Assembly: GCA_043811375.1 (NCBI GenBank)
Contig: JBDRNJ010000071.1
Location: 1 to 29,116 of the forward strand
Origin: a bacterium
Lineage (GTDB): Bacteria > Zixibacteria > MSB-5A5 > GN15 > FEB-12
Direction of reading: 5' to 3'
Length of the DNA stretch: 29,116 nucleotides
Shown one piece after another: positions 27,798 to 29,116 of this stretch (positions are counted from its first letter, which is position 1; each line of letters opens with the position of its first letter). A program made the position numbers and the translations under genes. Under the pieces are notes generated by a model. That model saw nothing but the letters and a program-made list of their open reading frames with translations. It did not search any database and was not told the DNA's origin.

Positions 27798-27834
27798 CAC
27801 GAGGCTCCTCAATCCGGGAGCCTCGTGTTCTTTT
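27798..27834 (+). terminator. Conserved-loop intrinsic terminator, opposite orientation to the other copies
   Basis: CACGAGGCTCC-tcaatccg-GGAGCCTCGTG-TTCTTTT is the reverse complement of the hairpins at 1477, 8807 and 14101. Confidence 0.85.
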
Positions 27835-27934
27835 GGGCCACTCTGCCTCACTTTTCAACTGCATTCCCTCTTTATATTGCTCATATTGGTTGCCTGGCTC
27901 CGGTCACAACTGAAGTTGACAACTGAGGAAAAAC

Positions 27935-28876
27935 GTGAACGACAACCCCGGCACCACACCATCCGACCGCCCGGTGGTGAGCAATCTCGGCTACATGTTT
28001 GCTGTAATATCCTCTTTCGGAACTGCTATAGCGATCGTTCTGGGCAAATGGAACCTGGAAGCCATCTCGCCGTTGCTGATGAACTGCCTGATCTTTTCTG
28101 TCGCCACCGTTTTTTTGATGGTAACGTACCTGCCGGTCAGAGGTATTCGCAGGATATTCACTCTGACGCGTCAGGGCTGGTTCTGGCTGGCGATGTTTAC
28201 CATCACTTCCTGGCTGGCCATCTGGGCATTCTGGGCCGGCGTGCAGGCGATGGACCCCTCTCTGGCTGCGTTTCTCAATCGTGCCGAGGTGCTGGTGCTT
28301 CTCGTTCTGGGTTTTATATTTCTGAAAGAGCGTTTCACGCGTTTGGAAATATCGGGGGTGTTGCTGTCGATCACTGGAATTGTCATCATGCGTCTGACGC
28401 TTCGCATGGAGTACTCCTATGGTTTCTGGATGGTGCTGCTCAGCGCGCTGCTGTTCGGGTTGACGGAGTTTCTGTCAAAGATCGCGCTGCGGCACGTGGG
28501 GCCGACCAACCTGACATTTATCCGCAACATGTTCATGGCGGCCGTCTACTGGATCGTACTGCGTGCCACCGGGGAGGGGTTGGACGGACTCGACCGCGTC
28601 TGGCCCGGTGTGGTGGCGCTGGGGCTGGTCGGTCCGATCCTGGGACGCCTGATGTATCTGCAGGCGCTCAAACGAATGGCGCTGTCGCGCGTGGCGATTA
28701 TCAGTCAGAGCCAGCCGGTGTTTGTCATATTGATTGCTCTGCTGGCTTTGCACCAGTTACCGACGTTCCGTGAGATAGTCGGCGGCATATTTCTTACGGT
28801 AGGGTGTGTGACGATGATCGTGGCGCGGAATTTCAAGAGGGGGAGAGGCAAAGCCCCTGTAGGGCAGAACCCGTAG
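27935..28876 (+). CDS. DMT/EamA-family transporter
   Basis: About 10 TM segments in two repeats; 'LGFIFLKERF', 'ALKRMALSRVAIISQSQPVF'. Confidence 0.88.
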   Translation: MNDNPGTTPSDRPVVSNLGYMFAVISSFGTAIAIVLGKWNLEAISPLLMNCLIFSVATVFLMVTYLPVRGIRRIFTLTRQGWFWLAMFTITSWLAIWAFWAGVQAMDPSLAAFLNRAEVLVLLVLGFIFLKERFTRLEISGVLLSITGIVIMRLTLRMEYSYGFWMVLLSALLFGLTEFLSKIALRHVGPTNLTFIRNMFMAAVYWIVLRATGEGLDGLDRVWPGVVALGLVGPILGRLMYLQALKRMALSRVAIISQSQPVFVILIALLALHQLPTFREIVGGIFLTVGCVTMIVARNFKRGRGKAPVGQNP

Positions 28877-28916
28877 GGATTATGCCGTGTGTTCATGCAC
28901 ATGAGCATTGTGTTCG

Positions 28917-28970
28917 GTGGACGTCTTCGTCCACAGCAATAGTGGGCGCACGAGGACGTACATCCACCAC
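28917..28970. repeat. Degenerate REP/REPIN-like palindrome
   Basis: GTGGACG-TCTT-CGTCCAC followed by a decayed inverted copy (CACGAGGACGT..ATCCAC). A related hairpin CGGACG-AGGG-CGTCCG lies at 4099-4114. Confidence 0.4.
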
Positions 28971-28985
28971 AGAATACTGGATTCC

Positions 28986-29116
28986 CTAGCTTCACAAACG
29001 AAGTGCAACACCTTATTAAGGTGTTGTTATGGAACAAAGATATGCTCAGATCAACATTGAAGAGCGATGCGAGATTGCCCGTTTACGTACCGCTGGGTGC
29101 TCGATCCGGCAAATCG
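28986..29116 (+). mobile_element. Left end of an IS30-family element (transposase starts at 29029 and runs off the window)
   Basis: MEQRYAQINIEERCEIARLRTAGCSIRQI matches the IS30 N-terminal HTH; preceded by the GAAGTGCAACA IR motif and a perfect 10-bp hairpin at 29006-29026. The left boundary is approximate. Confidence 0.8.

Overview
Accessory region of about 50-55% GC (estimated by eye), most likely from a Zixibacteria-like bacterium. This assignment is an inference from the C-terminal 'CC..RGDVD..G.IDVGDLTYLVAYLFQGG.PPPC' dockerin-like tag. Eight secreted proteins with unrelated bodies end in this near-identical tag: a cohesin-like domain, a GH-like barrel, a CLCA-like metallopeptidase, a papain/C39-like peptidase, a DUF1028 Ntn-hydrolase, a small adaptor, a cupredoxin/Ig protein and a BNR/TSP3/FG-GAP mosaic. 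Two trimeric fibre-like proteins are also present, one with three internal dockerins and a peptidase S74 chaperone. The most striking unexplained structure is a non-coding element of about 70-130 bp that recurs six times in the same orientation at transcription-unit junctions. It reads C-tract, ATGGGACCCA/AGGAGTCCCA, N11-12, TRGGTTCCCAT, TTGAAATG..GGTTTTT. It usually sits between a conserved-loop terminator and the sigma70 promoter of the next gene, giving a cassette-array architecture with no recombinase in the window. Other features are a tmRNA/tRNA 3'-end att scar with arm-type repeats, three partial IS elements (IS3/IS481-like, IS4, IS30), two gene remnants, and DUF6804, AsmA-like and EamA genes.
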